DNA from: Octopus vulgaris
Taxonomy: Eukaryota
Assembly (NCBI GenBank): GCA_951406725.2
Contig: OX597814.1
Location: 132,742,001-132,806,000, forward strand
Length of the DNA: 64,000 nucleotides
Direction of reading: 5' to 3'
Both the position numbers and the translations under genes were made by a program. Positions within the stretch are counted from its first letter, which is position 1; the number at the start of each line of letters is the position of its first letter. Below the pieces are notes generated by a model. It saw only the letters and a list, made by a program, of their open reading frames with translations, did no database searches and had not been told where the DNA came from. This document shows positions 28,871 to 42,938 of the stretch, piece by piece.

Positions 28871-28872
<2 letters not shown>
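28354..28872 (+). mobile_element. (TA)n-embedded PLE-type element with 124-bp perfect inverted repeat and a hammerhead-like motif
   Basis: Arms 28354-28477 and 28702-28825 are exact reverse complements by eye. HHR-like UAUUC UUGAUAA GUCA-AACUA-UGAC GAAA ACCGGU UU GAAUA at 28695-28736. Flanked by (TA)n. Confidence 0.82.
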
Positions 28873-28926
<54 letters not shown>

Positions 28927-28987
28927 ATTTTGATTTTGATTTTTAGTTTCAGCTCATGAGCTGTGGCCATGCTGGGGCACCGCCATT

Positions 28988-29070
<83 letters not shown>

Positions 29071-29429
29071 ATATGTATATACACATGCATGCACATACTG
29101 ATATATATATATGCAAGTCCATACGATAGAGATATAAACATGTCAAGTTTGCCTATTTCTCTTTAGATTTCAAAGATTTAAATGAATTGACTTTCGGCTC
29201 TTATCGGCGTCTCATCAGGAGTGTCTACATTACATGACCAATCCCACATTAATAAGTATTCAGTCTATGTATACTCCTGAAATCTAATAGCTCCAGAAAA
29301 CTGGGTTTAGTCATTTGTGTGTGTGCTATTTAATATAGCAAGTTAGTCTGTAGGAACGCAGTCCACATTGGATCAGGGCTTCTAAGGAGTGACTGTGTAG
29401 TAAGAAGCTTCGACTTATGAGATCGTCAA

Positions 29430-30000
29430 GACGTCGAATTAGCTATGAAGTACGCTAGTCTTGTAAGAGTTACAAGCATTCTCGTGACAACCTGGGGACG
29501 AGAGCAAGCCTATATTAGTGTATCTGAAAAACAAGAACTGTAATATAAGACTTACGTCTCTCAGAAGAGGGGATTATATATTGAACAGTTACGTCTTATG
29601 TCCTTCATCAATGCAGAAGATAAACTGTTTTATAAAGTGCTGACAAGATAAATGTCAAACGTTCAAGCACTGAATGAAGTCAGATATATTTCAGTTCCTT
29701 AGCCGGTATTTGATATGGCTAAGATGCCTTGAGTTCATCCTGATGATTTCGAGCTTCTTTTAGCTAGGTAAGGAATGAAGAAAGGAGCCTCAAGTTCATT
29801 TTCGTTCGCAGGACAAAGGCAAAGATATCCATTTCGCATGCACGGGATCGTAAAACATATAATTTAATTCTATTCTAGGATATGTCGAATAACTTCACAG
29901 CAGTACCTAGATTCAGTATTTACGCGGTTTATTACTAAGGACTTCATGCATACTAGAAGGGATCGAAGTCAGGCACTGGAACTTGATTTTTCACTCTTAA
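29430..30000 (+). mobile_element. Highly degenerate non-LTR RT remnant (R2/Hero-like)
   Basis: IEQLRLMSFINAEDKLFYKVLTR (cf. 'FRPISLLNVEGK.F..VL..RL'), followed by SV..AGI...RCLE. Confidence 0.5.
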
Positions 30001-30494
30001 TTCTAAAAAAAACTGTTGTGGAGTATACATCGAAAAGAGGAAGAAAACTTGTACTTTTAGAAACGTATGAATTGATAGGTGACATAACGGCTATAGTGGG
30101 AACCAAAATAGAAGCAGAATTTTTAAGTAATTACTACATCACATTTACCAGAATGAGAAACCATTATCTGTGGCAGAATTCTGCTGAAAATATTTTGAAA
30201 CATGTCAAATCTCCTGAATAGATAAATCACGCTTACTAGTTGTCAATGTTTTTGGAGTTTAATTTAATCTAAATATCTGAATCTGTGAAAATACGCGACA
30301 TTTTATTAGCTTTCTCCATTACTTACTTTGTCAGACACAAGTAATTCTGTATATTGTCAATTTCAATTTCAGTGGAACCAATAAAACAGTGATACGTAAG
30401 CAGTGTCTTTATTGAGTAGTATACTGTACTACTGAATATATAAATTTTTCGTTAACACTCTGTAGATAGGATATAAACAACTTGACATGAATAT

Positions 30495-30899
<405 letters not shown>

Positions 30900-30905
30900 T
30901 GTATG

Positions 30906-30938
<33 letters not shown>

Positions 30939-32046
30939 GTCTATCTATCTAGGTAGTTAGTATGTGTGTATGTATGTATACGCATGTATGTATGTATAAT
31001 ACGGTTAATATTTCTTACAGAGATATTTTGTGTGAGAATAGTTGATTGTGTAGATATTTGGTATGTGACACGTACTTCGTATTTATCTACAGAGGCTGTT
31101 GTGACACAGATATGATATGGTTAATATTAACTATGATTAAGTAAGTATATCTTTGTGGGCTGAGATTGTATTCCAGTTTCAGTTCCTATTTGCAAACACC
31201 CGCCTTCACCTACACCATTAAGGGAGGCAAGGTGGAAGAGTTGATACGTTGCCATATAGAATGCCTTGCATTCTTGGCTACGGTAGAAGCTGGGTAGCTA
31301 CACCCCCAAATGATTTGGAATTTGAAGACTTGTATTTATGACATAAATTAATTTGCATTAATTAGTCATTTAGCTTTTATTACTATCAATAACGACGTGA
31401 GCAAATCTTCCATGGACTATAACATGTGCCCCAAAATTATTTTAAAAGCCTTATCAAGAACAACTCCAAACATAGCTGTTTTAACAACATCATTAGCAGA
31501 AATAGCAATGTTTGCAGCGGCAGCTGACCGAATGATATTTATTGCATCACTAATATAGTTGTAGCCCCAGCATCATTAGCATGATTGTAATTAGTATCAT
31601 CGTTAATATAGACAAATTTAGTAACTTTTAAGATGGTTGTAGTGTGCTTGACAGTCGCATCTAGTCATATTCGGATGTATAATCGCTAAAATTCGCTGTT
31701 AGGATGCTGGACAAGGTACCGCCCATCTTAAATAAGTGCCGACGCATTAGCCAATGTATGTTTATTAACTAATTAGGCAAAATAGCCACGGCTGGTATTA
31801 ATCAACGAAGAACATAAATAAATGTTACCAACACATGGGCGAAGTGGGCACTAGTGTGATTAAAAAGTTCAACTCGCAACCACATAGTTTCGGGTTCAGT
31901 CACTCTACGCGGCACCTACGGCAGATGTTTTAGTGTCTGCCACTCTAGTCTTGGGTTGAATGTAGGATATGGGTTCATTGTGGGTTTAAGAAGAATAGAA
32001 ACAACAATCACAGTGACAGGTGCATAGAATAATCCCCGAAAGACAT

Positions 32047-32441
32047 AATTCTTTCTACTATAGGCGCAAGGCCTGAAATTTTAAGGGAAGGAAAAGGTCG
32101 ATTACATCGACCCCCCAGTACTTGACTGATATTTATCTCATCGACCCCGAAAAGGTAAAAAGCAAAGCCGACATCGGCTGAATTTGATCTAATTTGATCT
32201 CAGAACCTAGAGAAGGACGAAACGCTAGCGATTCTGCCAGCCTGGTACCATACCAAGAACTTAAATAATGTTTTCAAATTTTGACACAAGGCCAGCAAGT
32301 TAGCGTGAGGGCATAACACGATTAAATCAACCCCAGTGGTCATTTGGTGGTATTTTATTGACTCCGAAAGAATAAAAAATCAAAGTCGATCTCGGTGGGA
32401 CATGGATTCAGAACGCAGAGACGATTCTATCAGCTAGCCGA
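32047..32441 (-). mobile_element. Two tandem family A SINEs
   Basis: Two successive units: gcgcaaggcctgaaatt..atcgaccccgaaaagg..gattctgccagc and gacacaaggcc..gactccgaaagaat..gattctatcagc. Confidence 0.8.
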
Positions 32442-33645
32442 CTTAGTAAGAACGTAAATGATATATAGTCACTATTTGCTGTCGGAAGTAAAATATACAG
32501 ATTAATGTGTGCTTGTGTGTGCTTGTGTGTGTGTGTGTGTTTGTATGTGTGTGTGTGTGTGTGTGTGTATGTGCGTGCGTGCGTATGTGCATGTGTGAGC
32601 GTGTGTGTGTGTAGTTGACAGAGGAAGCGGAAGACAGATTTAGTACGATAATCGTTCCGACACATCCTGCACATGTCCGTAGGATATTGTGCATCTGGCT
32701 GCGTTGCATCAATCAATGCAGGCTGTTTCATTTCAGCTGCTTGGTGTAGAAACCATCCCACTAGATACACTGAGATCTCCTTGACATATTGTTCAAGCTA
32801 GTTGTACATTGGCTGGGACACTGACAGAACGTTACCGGCGACTGGGGCTGGCTATAGTCAACCGTGAATATATAGCATAAATTTAGATCGTAGATGATAG
32901 AGAATAAAATCTGTCGAAGAAAGTTAAAATTAAGAGGCATGGGTATACACACTTTGATATGAACATATATATAGACGTACACACAAACGCACACACAAGT
33001 ACGCACGCGTGTCGCCAATTGGATATAATTTCATGTGGTTATAATCTATCAAGATGGTTTTATTAGTGGCAGAAATTTAGCTGTTATATCGCGTCTTCCT
33101 GGTTATTAGATACCCAGTCATTCATAGATGACTGGTTGTTAGAATGTTCGTTTGGTGGACACGCACACACGTGCACAACTATTTGTCCATACACATAGAC
33201 GCACACTTATGTACATATTTATATTTTTTATTCTTTTTAATTTTTCTTTTAATCGGCACAGTAATCTATACGAACCCATTAACATATTTTTATATGCATA
33301 AATATTTATATAGGTGTCGAAATAATCGTCGTGTTGAATAAAGATTCGTACGAAATCCATCTACCGTTACCTTTATCAACTATAAACTGAACAAACACTG
33401 TGGATTTCCTCACGTAGATTTAGTGAAAATCGTTACTGTGGGTAACATCAGGTAGCCTAAACGGTGAATGTACTTAATCGACATACTAATAGATATATAC
33501 TCAGTCAAAATACTTACTTACTTACTTATATATATATATATATATACATTGAGGGAGAGAGAGAGAGAGAGTCAGACAGACAGACAGAAAGACAGAAAGA
33601 CAGACAGAAAGACAGACAGGCAGACAGACAGACAGACAGACAGAC

Positions 33646-33718
<73 letters not shown>

Positions 33719-33830
33719 TGGAAAGAAAGCGCTTTTCGAGGAATTTGTTTGAAGCAAAAGTGGAAGCGAACCATTGAATCTACTTCGAGAGAGAACTAGT
33801 ATTGAATTAAGTCGTGAAGTATGAAATTTG

Positions 33831-34110
33831 TATTAAGGTATATGATAAACTTTGACAGCTGCTCATTTTGCGCCATAATTATATTTTGACAATCTGTATT
33901 TTTTGTTAGAAAGATGACACATCTATTTCTTTATTATAACTAATTTTGCGCTTTATAAATTATTTATAAATTGCTTTTTGCTAATTTGTTTAGAGATGGA
34001 TAAGTCGGAAATTCGTACAGTTTTGAAGTATGAGTTCTTTCTTGGAAATACAGCATCACAGATAGTTCGGAATATTATTGGAGTATTTAATTCTAATGTT
34101 ATTACACAGT
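33831..34110 (+). mobile_element. 5' fragment of a second mariner family
   Basis: ATG at 33996 gives MDKSEIRTVLKYEFFLGNTASQIVRNIIGVF, matching the mariner N-terminal HTH (cf. MDK.QIR.IF..EF..G..A.ETARNIN..F). Truncated. Confidence 0.75.
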
Positions 34111-34523
34111 AGACTGTATCAACTTTTGCCTGAGGAAACACAACTACAACTCATTATGCAAACAATGGTGATTTCTCCGACTTCAAAATTGTTAAAAGTT
34201 TTGGTTGAAAATTTATTTTTACTGATATTCGCTGGTGCCTCTGGAAAAAATAAGGTGATGAAAATACAGCTAGGATCATGACGAATGTCCTCCTAAAATT
34301 GGAGCGACATGCGTGTTAATTTGCGGACGTGCATAAATTAGATTCACGTACACACACACACACACACATACACACACATCCTGTCCTTTATATATATACA
34401 TATATATATATATATACATACATATATATATATACATACATACATACATGCATATATACATACATATATATATATACATATATACATGCATATATACATA
34501 CATATATATATATATATATTTAT

Positions 34524-34592
<69 letters not shown>

Positions 34593-35800
34593 ACACAACA
34601 TGCTTCTCTCATTTTCCATCGACCAAATCCACACACAAGACTTTGGTTTTCCTTGGGCTATTGTAAAAGATAACTAGGCCAATGTTTTGCATTGTGAAAC
34701 TGAACCAAAGACAACAATATTTGGTATCAAGCTTCTCAGCCCCACATCTATACGTGGGCGACACTGATGTTTATCTCTCATTGCTTTACAATCGGGATCG
34801 TGTTGTTTAATTCCAGTAACTTAGTAGTTCAGCATCATAGAGAGTTAATGTAACACGTTTAAGAATCAGTACTGTTGTCGATTTGATCTACTAAACTCTA
34901 CAGCCGTGAGCCCCAACATCAAACAAAAGAATTAAAGCATATTTTGAAGCATGCAATCAAGGTCATAAACTATTAAGTGCTGGGAATACAAGTAGTTATT
35001 GTTAATACGGTTTACCATTCTGCCGCACTGGTATACTCATAAACGTATATACGCAATAAGTGTACACATTTGCGCATGCCCATGTAACATTCACATGTAG
35101 CATGTAACAATAGTAGGAAAGTCACTTGTGAAGTGTAATTACAATTGCCTAAACAATTACAGCACCAAGAGTTGCTTTGTGTCAGTTTTACATTCAAAAG
35201 GTAACAATGATTAATTCCCACAGTAACTGGATGACGTTTTAGTATTAATGTTAATATGAGCAAAGTGGTTTTTGCTTTGAGCTTTTTCTTTTTTACCTGC
35301 GACATGAACAGCAGCGATAATAGCAGTAAGCTTTGGCAGATATGGTGTTTGTTTAAACAAGGTTACATAGAATAAGCGACATTAGTACTCAAGCGATAAA
35401 TTTTAATTGTGAAGTAGCTTTCTAGTAGTAGTAGAAGTAGTAGTAGTAATAGTAGTAGTAGTTGTTGTTGTTGTTGTAGTAGTAGTAGCAATTTCAGCAG
35501 GTTCTATTGGTGGCTGTAGTGGTGGTGGTGGTGGTGGTGGTGGTGGTAGTGGTGGTAGCGGTGGTGGTGAAGAAATTTATATTTCACTCTTTTATTCTTT
35601 GGTTCTTGTGTGCCCGGATATGCATGACCCTTTTGAGTCGTTAGTACCTGACCACTGTACACCTCTACGTTACTCTTTTCCTAGCCGTTACCAGCACTAA
35701 GTTGGTCAATTTAACTTACGGCTCTTGCTGACTTGCTCTAAGTATTGTTCACACTACTATTGCTGTTGCTAAATATACCGATATTGATAACCACAGCGGA

Positions 35801-36263
35801 GGAGGCGCAATGGCCCAGTAGTTAGAGTAGCGGACTCGCGGTCGTAAGAACGTGGTTTCGATTCCCAGACCGGGCATTATGAGTGTTTATTGAGCAAAAA
35901 CACCTAGGCTCCGGCGAGAAGGGGGTAGTGGTGAATCCCTCTGTACTCTTTCACCACCTCTTTCACTCAATCCTTCTTCCTACTTCTGCCACAAAGCAGA
36001 GGAACCATGGTGTAACCCACTATGGTGTGGTAAACTTTCAGATCCTAGTCTAGATTGCGAATCCTCTGTACACCGTTAAAAGCCACCGTTTACGGAATGA
36101 GGATAAAAACGTAGCTTTCGCGCCCGTGCAACCGCCAGTCTATCGCGTGTGGTGGGTGGATCTTCAAGTTGCTGCACGCATTCTTAGTAGCTTAGAGTAG
36201 GCTCGAATTAGAGATTATTCTAATGGCGTGAGTCCTGATTAGAAGAAGAAGAAGAAGAAGAAG
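35801..36263 (+). mobile_element. Full-length tRNA-derived SINE (family D) with (GAA)n tail and 11-bp TSD
   Basis: Head ggaggcgcaatggcccagtagttagag...gtttcgattcccag; (GAA)n tail 36241-36263. TSD accacagcgga (35790-35800) / acctcagcgga (36264-36274). Confidence 0.83.
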
Positions 36264-36892
36264 ACCTCAGCGGACGTGATAGTAGCAGTTTCGGTACCCA
36301 TGGTGTCAGATACAATTGCCTTTATTAAGCTAATTCCGATTTCTGACACAGATTTTTGTATAAGTAGAACTACTAGTGGCAGTAGGTTCTTCGGCACTTC
36401 GAATCATGTAGGTTATTGTTGTAGCTATGGTTTTGAGTGGTTGTAGTGATGGTGGTCAGATTTTGGGTGATGTTTCTGCCTACTACAGCCAGTGATCATG
36501 TTGGCCGTGTTACATACGTTGTTACTGTCAATCTCTTGTTTAACTACAGAAGGAAAGCTGTCTTTCACCGAAATAAAAGTTTTCATTTCTTTTCCTCTAG
36601 TTCTAATTATCTGGGGGTTTTTTTACGTCATCTTCTCTGCTTTACTCCGTATTTTCACACGGCAGTATTTGTAAAATTTAATTCAGAAAATATTGTATTA
36701 AAAAATCCGTTTTTGAATCATGTTTTTTTTCTTTCAAAACTAATGACCATTGCTCTCACAATCAATTACGCAAAAACTTACTCAACAAATACCTGAAAAT
36801 ATCAATACTTTAAGAATCGTTTGTCTTCTAACTCAACGACTTTAGTATAACATGCCTTGTATAACAATAAAAACAACAATAATAATAATAAT

Positions 36893-36985
36893 CGTTTCTA
36901 CTAAAGGCACAAGGCCTGAAATTTTGGGGGAGGGGCTATTCGATTACGTCGACCCCAGTACGTAACTGGTATTTATTTAATAGAT
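36893..36985 (-). mobile_element. 5'-truncated family A SINE
   Basis: aggcacaaggcctgaaattttgggggagggg..gtcgaccccagtacgtaactggta. Confidence 0.8.
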
Positions 36986-37299
36986 TAAAAATCATTTCTA
37001 TTATAGACACAAATAATTATGTAATTTTAAAAGATAACTTGGTAAGAAATGTTTGTAGATTATAATTACTTCACATAATTAATGTATTACATATGTCCAT
37101 TGTGGTATGTGATTTATCATAACGTGTATAAAAGTTATCAGAGCACTGTTTCTATTCAAACCAGACTTCTCTACAGTGATATACATAGGGACAAGCAATA
37201 CAAAATAAAAGGCAAACATTACAAAACGAAAACCACTAACATAGATTGTTCCATAGTAGAGAAAATTTTAATGAAATCTGATGAAATCAAAAACGTAAT

Positions 37300-39480
37300 T
37301 AATCAGCCTGACTTCTTTACTTGTATCTATTAAAAATTAAGAGAAATGACATAACTGGACATGTGAGGGATATGTTAATATTTCACATGCATATCTTACA
37401 GCTGCACCGTACAAAAAGAAATTTAACTAAGAACTTAAGCCTATATCAAGTTTAGAAAGAAATAAAGTCGAAAGTTAAGCCTGGAAAACCAACAGTCGAT
37501 CTAATTATGAGATGGCATATTCTCAAAATCAAAAAATCATATTCGAAATTTAAATAAAATACTTAAAAATGTATAATGCATCGCAAAAGTATAATTCATG
37601 AACATGCAACAAACGAAATGCTTAGAAAAAATATATTCAAAAAGCTAATCACTAAGCAAAGATACAAAACACAAAAGAAAAAAATACAAGAAAACCAATC
37701 GTTAGAAAACCTGCAGAATACTGAACATCGAAAACCGACCTAAAACAAAAGTACGGATAAAGGGAAATATGGTAGTTATTTAAGAATATATCATTTTTCA
37801 TGTGGAAATCAGTATCATGATAATCCAACACTGGAAATAATTAAACAATCAAGATGAATAAAAGCTCTTCCTATGGACGAGCGAAGTACTTCTCTGAGAG
37901 AAAAAATAACTCAGTCATGGGATAACTACGATGAAAAGCCAGCTTAAAATGAATAGGATGCTGTCACATAGTTACAAGGCAACGTTCATGCTCTCTCAAA
38001 GGTACTTATATGTTAATATGAAAGCTGAAGCAAATAGCATGAAATGAAATAAACAACTAATATAAAAAATAAAAAGGTCTCTGAAAGAAAATATCCATAA
38101 TGAAATCAGTAATTATAAATACAACTTCAAAATATGGAGAGACAAATGCCACAAAATCTTAACATAAAAAGAACCTGAAATCAAAGATTGCTTGAAACAA
38201 ACGATTCGCACTAAATAACAAAGAAACAGACAATGCGGAAAGAGAAAGCAATTCGTTGAACAAAATAAGCTGTTTGTCTCCAATGCAAAGCAATTATGTT
38301 AAAATCTAAAGAAAAATAGAATAGAAATAAAAGCAGGACCGACTGCTGTAAGAGAAGAAAATGCATTCTGGGGGAGGCATGACGTGAAGCGAACGAATCA
38401 TAGTAGGCGAAATTGTTTAAAACAATGAAAAATTAAATGGACAATCTTGGGATGCCATATCAGCATAGGAACTAGCTCAGACGCTGCAAAAATTATTAGC
38501 TTGGATGCCCAGGTTCGAAATTTCCCCAAGACACCTGATGAAGGCTGGAGGGTACGAAACGTTGTGTTAACAACAAACAAGATGAGGACAAATATCCGTC
38601 AAATGTAAATAATGTAAATAAGGTACATAATTCCTCTTCTCTTAAATATAGAACCACACATGATATGACAACTAGTGGGAAATGTCTTAAGCTCCAATAC
38701 AAATGGAATGGTACATCCGAAAACCAAAGAAACAAATTCTTTGAGAAGATTAAGGGAAGCCTCAAAGACTTATGCAGTTTAAGTTATCCATACTAAAGAC
38801 GGTAGAAGTGGATATAAGAGTGAGGGGAAGGTTTTTTAGTGTCTGGTCGTGGAAACGTCGCCGTGAGTTAGAGAGCACTAATGATAAGAACACACATTAA
38901 ATACATCATGAGTGAATGACAAACGGTTCTGTAGATAAAAACAAAAGGGCAAATCATAAAAACAAAACTATTTCTTTTAAAAAAATATTCAAGGGGTGAG
39001 ACACATTAACTTAACTTCTTTTCAGTTTTGTGCAAATGCTTTACGCCAACAGGTTCGATGAAACTAGACTAGTATAAAAATACAATGGGCGGGCAATCAA
39101 CTAAATTTCCTGTATATAAGACCAAAGGTGAGACGATTTATAAGTGATAAATATCTGGAAATTGTGCACAAGTTAACTATGACAATTACTATAGGATTCG
39201 GATTTGAAAAATGCGCCGGGAAAACTTGGAAAGCATGTATCACTTTCTCTAATATGATAAAGATTGAAATGGGCATAAAATAAAACGTATACACTTGCGA
39301 AACGATGAAATAGAGTCCAACTCAGACAAATGAAACTATCTACCAGAAAACTGTTTCTTGACTTCATAGAAGACGATAAATACAAAGCATAACATGAAGG
39401 GAAATACATTTGTAAAGAGAAGAAATAAACAAGAAGGAGCATAGTGAAGTTTTAGCCGAAATGATGCATTAACAGGCGTG
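37300..39480 (+). mobile_element. Very degenerate R4/Dong-like non-LTR retrotransposon body
   Basis: A-rich sense strand; RKQFVEQNKLFVSNAKQL (cf. QN.LF..N.K.FY), EENAFW and ITIGFGFEKCA (cf. I.M.FGL.KCA). Boundaries approximate. Confidence 0.55.
38508..38654 (+). mobile_element. 5'-truncated hammerhead-tailed SINE (family H)
   Basis: Homologous to the minus-strand tail at 53178-53292. ACAC CUGAUGA A GGCUGGAGGGUAC GAAA CG UU GUGU at 38531-38567, with the 3' strand of stem II deleted. Ends in aatgtaaat repeats. Confidence 0.85.
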
Positions 39481-40938
39481 AGAGAGTAAGGTCTTTAATA
39501 TACGGAAAACTTAAACCGGTATTATAAAATGCGAAGTGAAAAGCGGCGATATAGTCGTACGCAGGTTAATTTCTCAGAGAATGAAACATTGTTTTGCGTA
39601 TTTTGAATCTAGATTAGCGTATTCCCGAGTATGAGAGCTTTCATATTTTGCAATATGTCAGTCCACAGTCAAAAAGGTGAAGGAGAATCTTTTAGATATT
39701 ATTCTCCGGAAAATCAGGAAATCATCTATTTAGGGTATAAATCCCAACAGATGCTACAATTCATCTCTAAAAGAAATGAATTAATTCCAATATAAAGAAC
39801 TGCGAAAATTGGTAACGAGAATGTGTCTAAAAGCAGTAACAATGCTTGTAATAATAGGTACATTGGGATATGAACATAGAGAAAAATACACAACCAAAGG
39901 ACTAAGGATATTTTCAAATAAGGAAAATATACTGATGACAGCACAATTATCCTGTAGATTACTTTCAAAATAATACATAATACAAAAAATCTTAACAAAG
40001 ATCTGTACATATCTAATGTGTACTGAATTGCGCTTAGTTAAGCAGTGGATGTACATAAATGAATTAATACTCCTGGAAAAATATTAATAAGGATAACCTT
40101 AGCTATGGGAACCAATTTTGACATTAATTTTTGCAGGTTTATATAAAAGGTACCTGCCACGTAGTAAGGTCAGTACGATAGGATACGCTTTACATGAAAG
40201 TTGAATGGTCTGCCCTATGTTTGAATCCTTCTAGTTTAAGTGATGGTTAGGATTGAATTACTACAAAGGTGACAGGTGCTACAAAGATTGTATCCTAAAT
40301 ATTTATCAATGATTGTAGCAGTGTATTGGTGACTGCAGCTGTTCTAGTAGTTGTGCTTTCGACAGTAGAACAAGCATCAGTAACACAGATATAGTGAAGG
40401 GAGAGGTGACTGTCACAAGACAATTGACGACAGGGGGTAAGGTTGTAACTAAGGCAGTAGTATCAAAATATCGGTAGAAATCTTCGTTGCTGCGATGTAA
40501 GTAGGGTCTTCGGAAGTGACATTAATAATTGTAACACGCTTGTAGAAACAGTAGTAGTGACTGATTTGCTGTAATAAAATACTGTCGCATAACAGGTAGT
40601 TGAAATGCTAAGTAATGATGGAAATTTTCAGTTGCAGTAGCAGTAGCAATCACACTCAGAGTGGCATCAGCAACAAAGACAGTAGCAGTAACCATAGCAA
40701 CAGGTACGAAATGGAGTCGTAGTGAATATATATATATATTAGACTTAGAAATGAAGTGAAAAAAGGCCACCACCACCACCGCCGCCGCGCCGTCGTCTTC
40801 GTCGTCGTCGTCGTCGTCGTAGTAGTAGTAGTAGTATAGAAATATAATTTTTTATGTGTGTGTATGAGTATGCTAGTACATGAGTGTGAATGGATGTGTG
40901 TGCGCGCGGGGGCGTGTGCATGCAAACAAACTTGCATG

Positions 40939-40992
<54 letters not shown>

Positions 40993-41005
40993 TATACACA
41001 TATAC

Positions 41006-41069
<64 letters not shown>

Positions 41070-42536
41070 ATCCATTTGCATTTTACATACGTACTCACAA
41101 ATACCCGTATATATATCTATATGCTAATGTATATTTCTCAATGGATGGAAATTTTTGAGTGTCACACACGCATACACCCGTACTCAGATATTCAATCCCT
41201 ATTCTATTTCTTACATTTTTCTTCTTCCTTCGTAGTATTTGTGTGTCTTAGAGTGCGAATAACTGTATATGCATGCACTTGTATATGTGTCCGCTTCATA
41301 CGCATGTACGCGTGTACGCATAAGTATATGTGTACGTATATATGTGTGGCGGGTGTAAGAGTTTGCATGTATGTATTGTACGTTTATATGTTTGATTACG
41401 TATATAAAATTTCTGTAACTATTAAATAATTTTGAATAAAGGACCTTCAATATATTCGTTGTGAAATGCAAAAGCGCAATGGAACGTTACAATTAACAAT
41501 AAGTCTATGATTGTTTCAATCGAAAATTATTCGTCAAATTGATGAAGTAATCGATTTATTGATACAGAGAAGTGTACTTGGTTAATTAACTGAATACATA
41601 TTATAATACTTCACATTTGAATAATTAAACCGAAGAAATTATAAGTCGTATATATTATTCTTCAGTTGCATTTGTTAAAAAAATATGTAACTTGAATTGA
41701 GACTGAAATAAATACATCACGTTAGAGTCAATAAGAATATCAAAAATACATACACAAACACAGTGGATTTCACCGCATCACAAATACAGGAACGTCGATA
41801 GTCAGTAACAGGCGGTAAGTGTATGGCGAATCCCTATGAGCCAGCTGATTTATGGATACGCACGTATGTATAAAACATTAGAATATCAATTATTATTTCT
41901 GCGTTTCTTTTTACGATATACATGCATGCATGCATGCATACATACATACATACATACATGCATACATACATACATACATACATACATACATTCCTGCATA
42001 CATTCGTATACGCGAGGATGTGTGTGTACGTGTTTATGTGTATATGTATGTAAGTGTGTATGTATGTATGCTTTATGTATGCATGCATGTATGTGCGTAT
42101 GCATGTGTGCCTCTTTGTACATATGTATGTGTGTAATTATTTCAAATTAATAACAATTAGGCAAAAGGAAATTAAACCATGAAGTCGTTTTTAGCACAGT
42201 TACATTTCCACAAATTAAAATTTTAAATGCTTATTTTTTTCAAATTTAGCTCTTATATTTTTAAGATGGCTTGCTGGCCCATAGATTTCTTTAGCTGAGG
42301 TCACTTTCTATAAAAATAATTCGGATAAGGCTTTCAACAGTTGGTAATCGTGATTTCGAAATGCGTTGTCTCCGTCTACATCTCTCTATATGCCAGAAGT
42401 TAAATCAAAATTCGCCAAAGAAAGTCCCCCTCGTCTTGTACAATGGCGGTGGAGAAGACGTGGGGGATTCCGCTCATCACATTTTACTAACACATCCTAT
42501 TTCTCTGATCTGTCTATCTTTGTTGTTCAAGCTACT

Positions 42537-42938
42537 TTTTATTCAAAATGCAGTCTATATTTTTTCTCGCGAAAAGGATCTCTATCAAATTTGTTAAATT
42601 CTCCTTTCCTCAAACTTTCAGCTATTAATTGTTCTTTGAGCAGTACTCCTGCAGAAATGCCTTCACATTTGCTTCCTGCTTTTCATCGAAATTCACACTA
42701 GGCAAACCAGATAATTATTCTCTAAAACTATCCCTTTGTGCACAATAGTTTAAGAGAATAATTATCTGGTTTGCCTAGTGTGGATTTCGATGAAAAGCAG
42801 GAAGCAAATGTGAAGGCATTTCTCCAGGAGTATGCTCAAAGAACAATTAATAGCTGAAATTTTGAGGAAAGGAGAATTTAACATATTTGATAGAGATCCT
42901 TTTCGCGAGAAAAAATATAGACTGCATTTTGAATAAAA
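42537..42938. repeat. Long near-perfect inverted repeat (~195-bp arms, 13-nt spacer)
   Basis: Arms 42537-42731 and 42745-42938; I count 5 substitutions and 1 indel. Confidence 0.96.

Noticed and set aside
32610-32870. Relatively GC-rich unique stretch as a candidate upstream SLC6 exon or promoter
   Set aside because: No convincing splice or promoter signals and no recognisable protein motif.
39500-40150. Possible PLE RT remnant (LAMGTNF)
   Set aside because: Single short motif with no consistent neighbours; too decayed to call.
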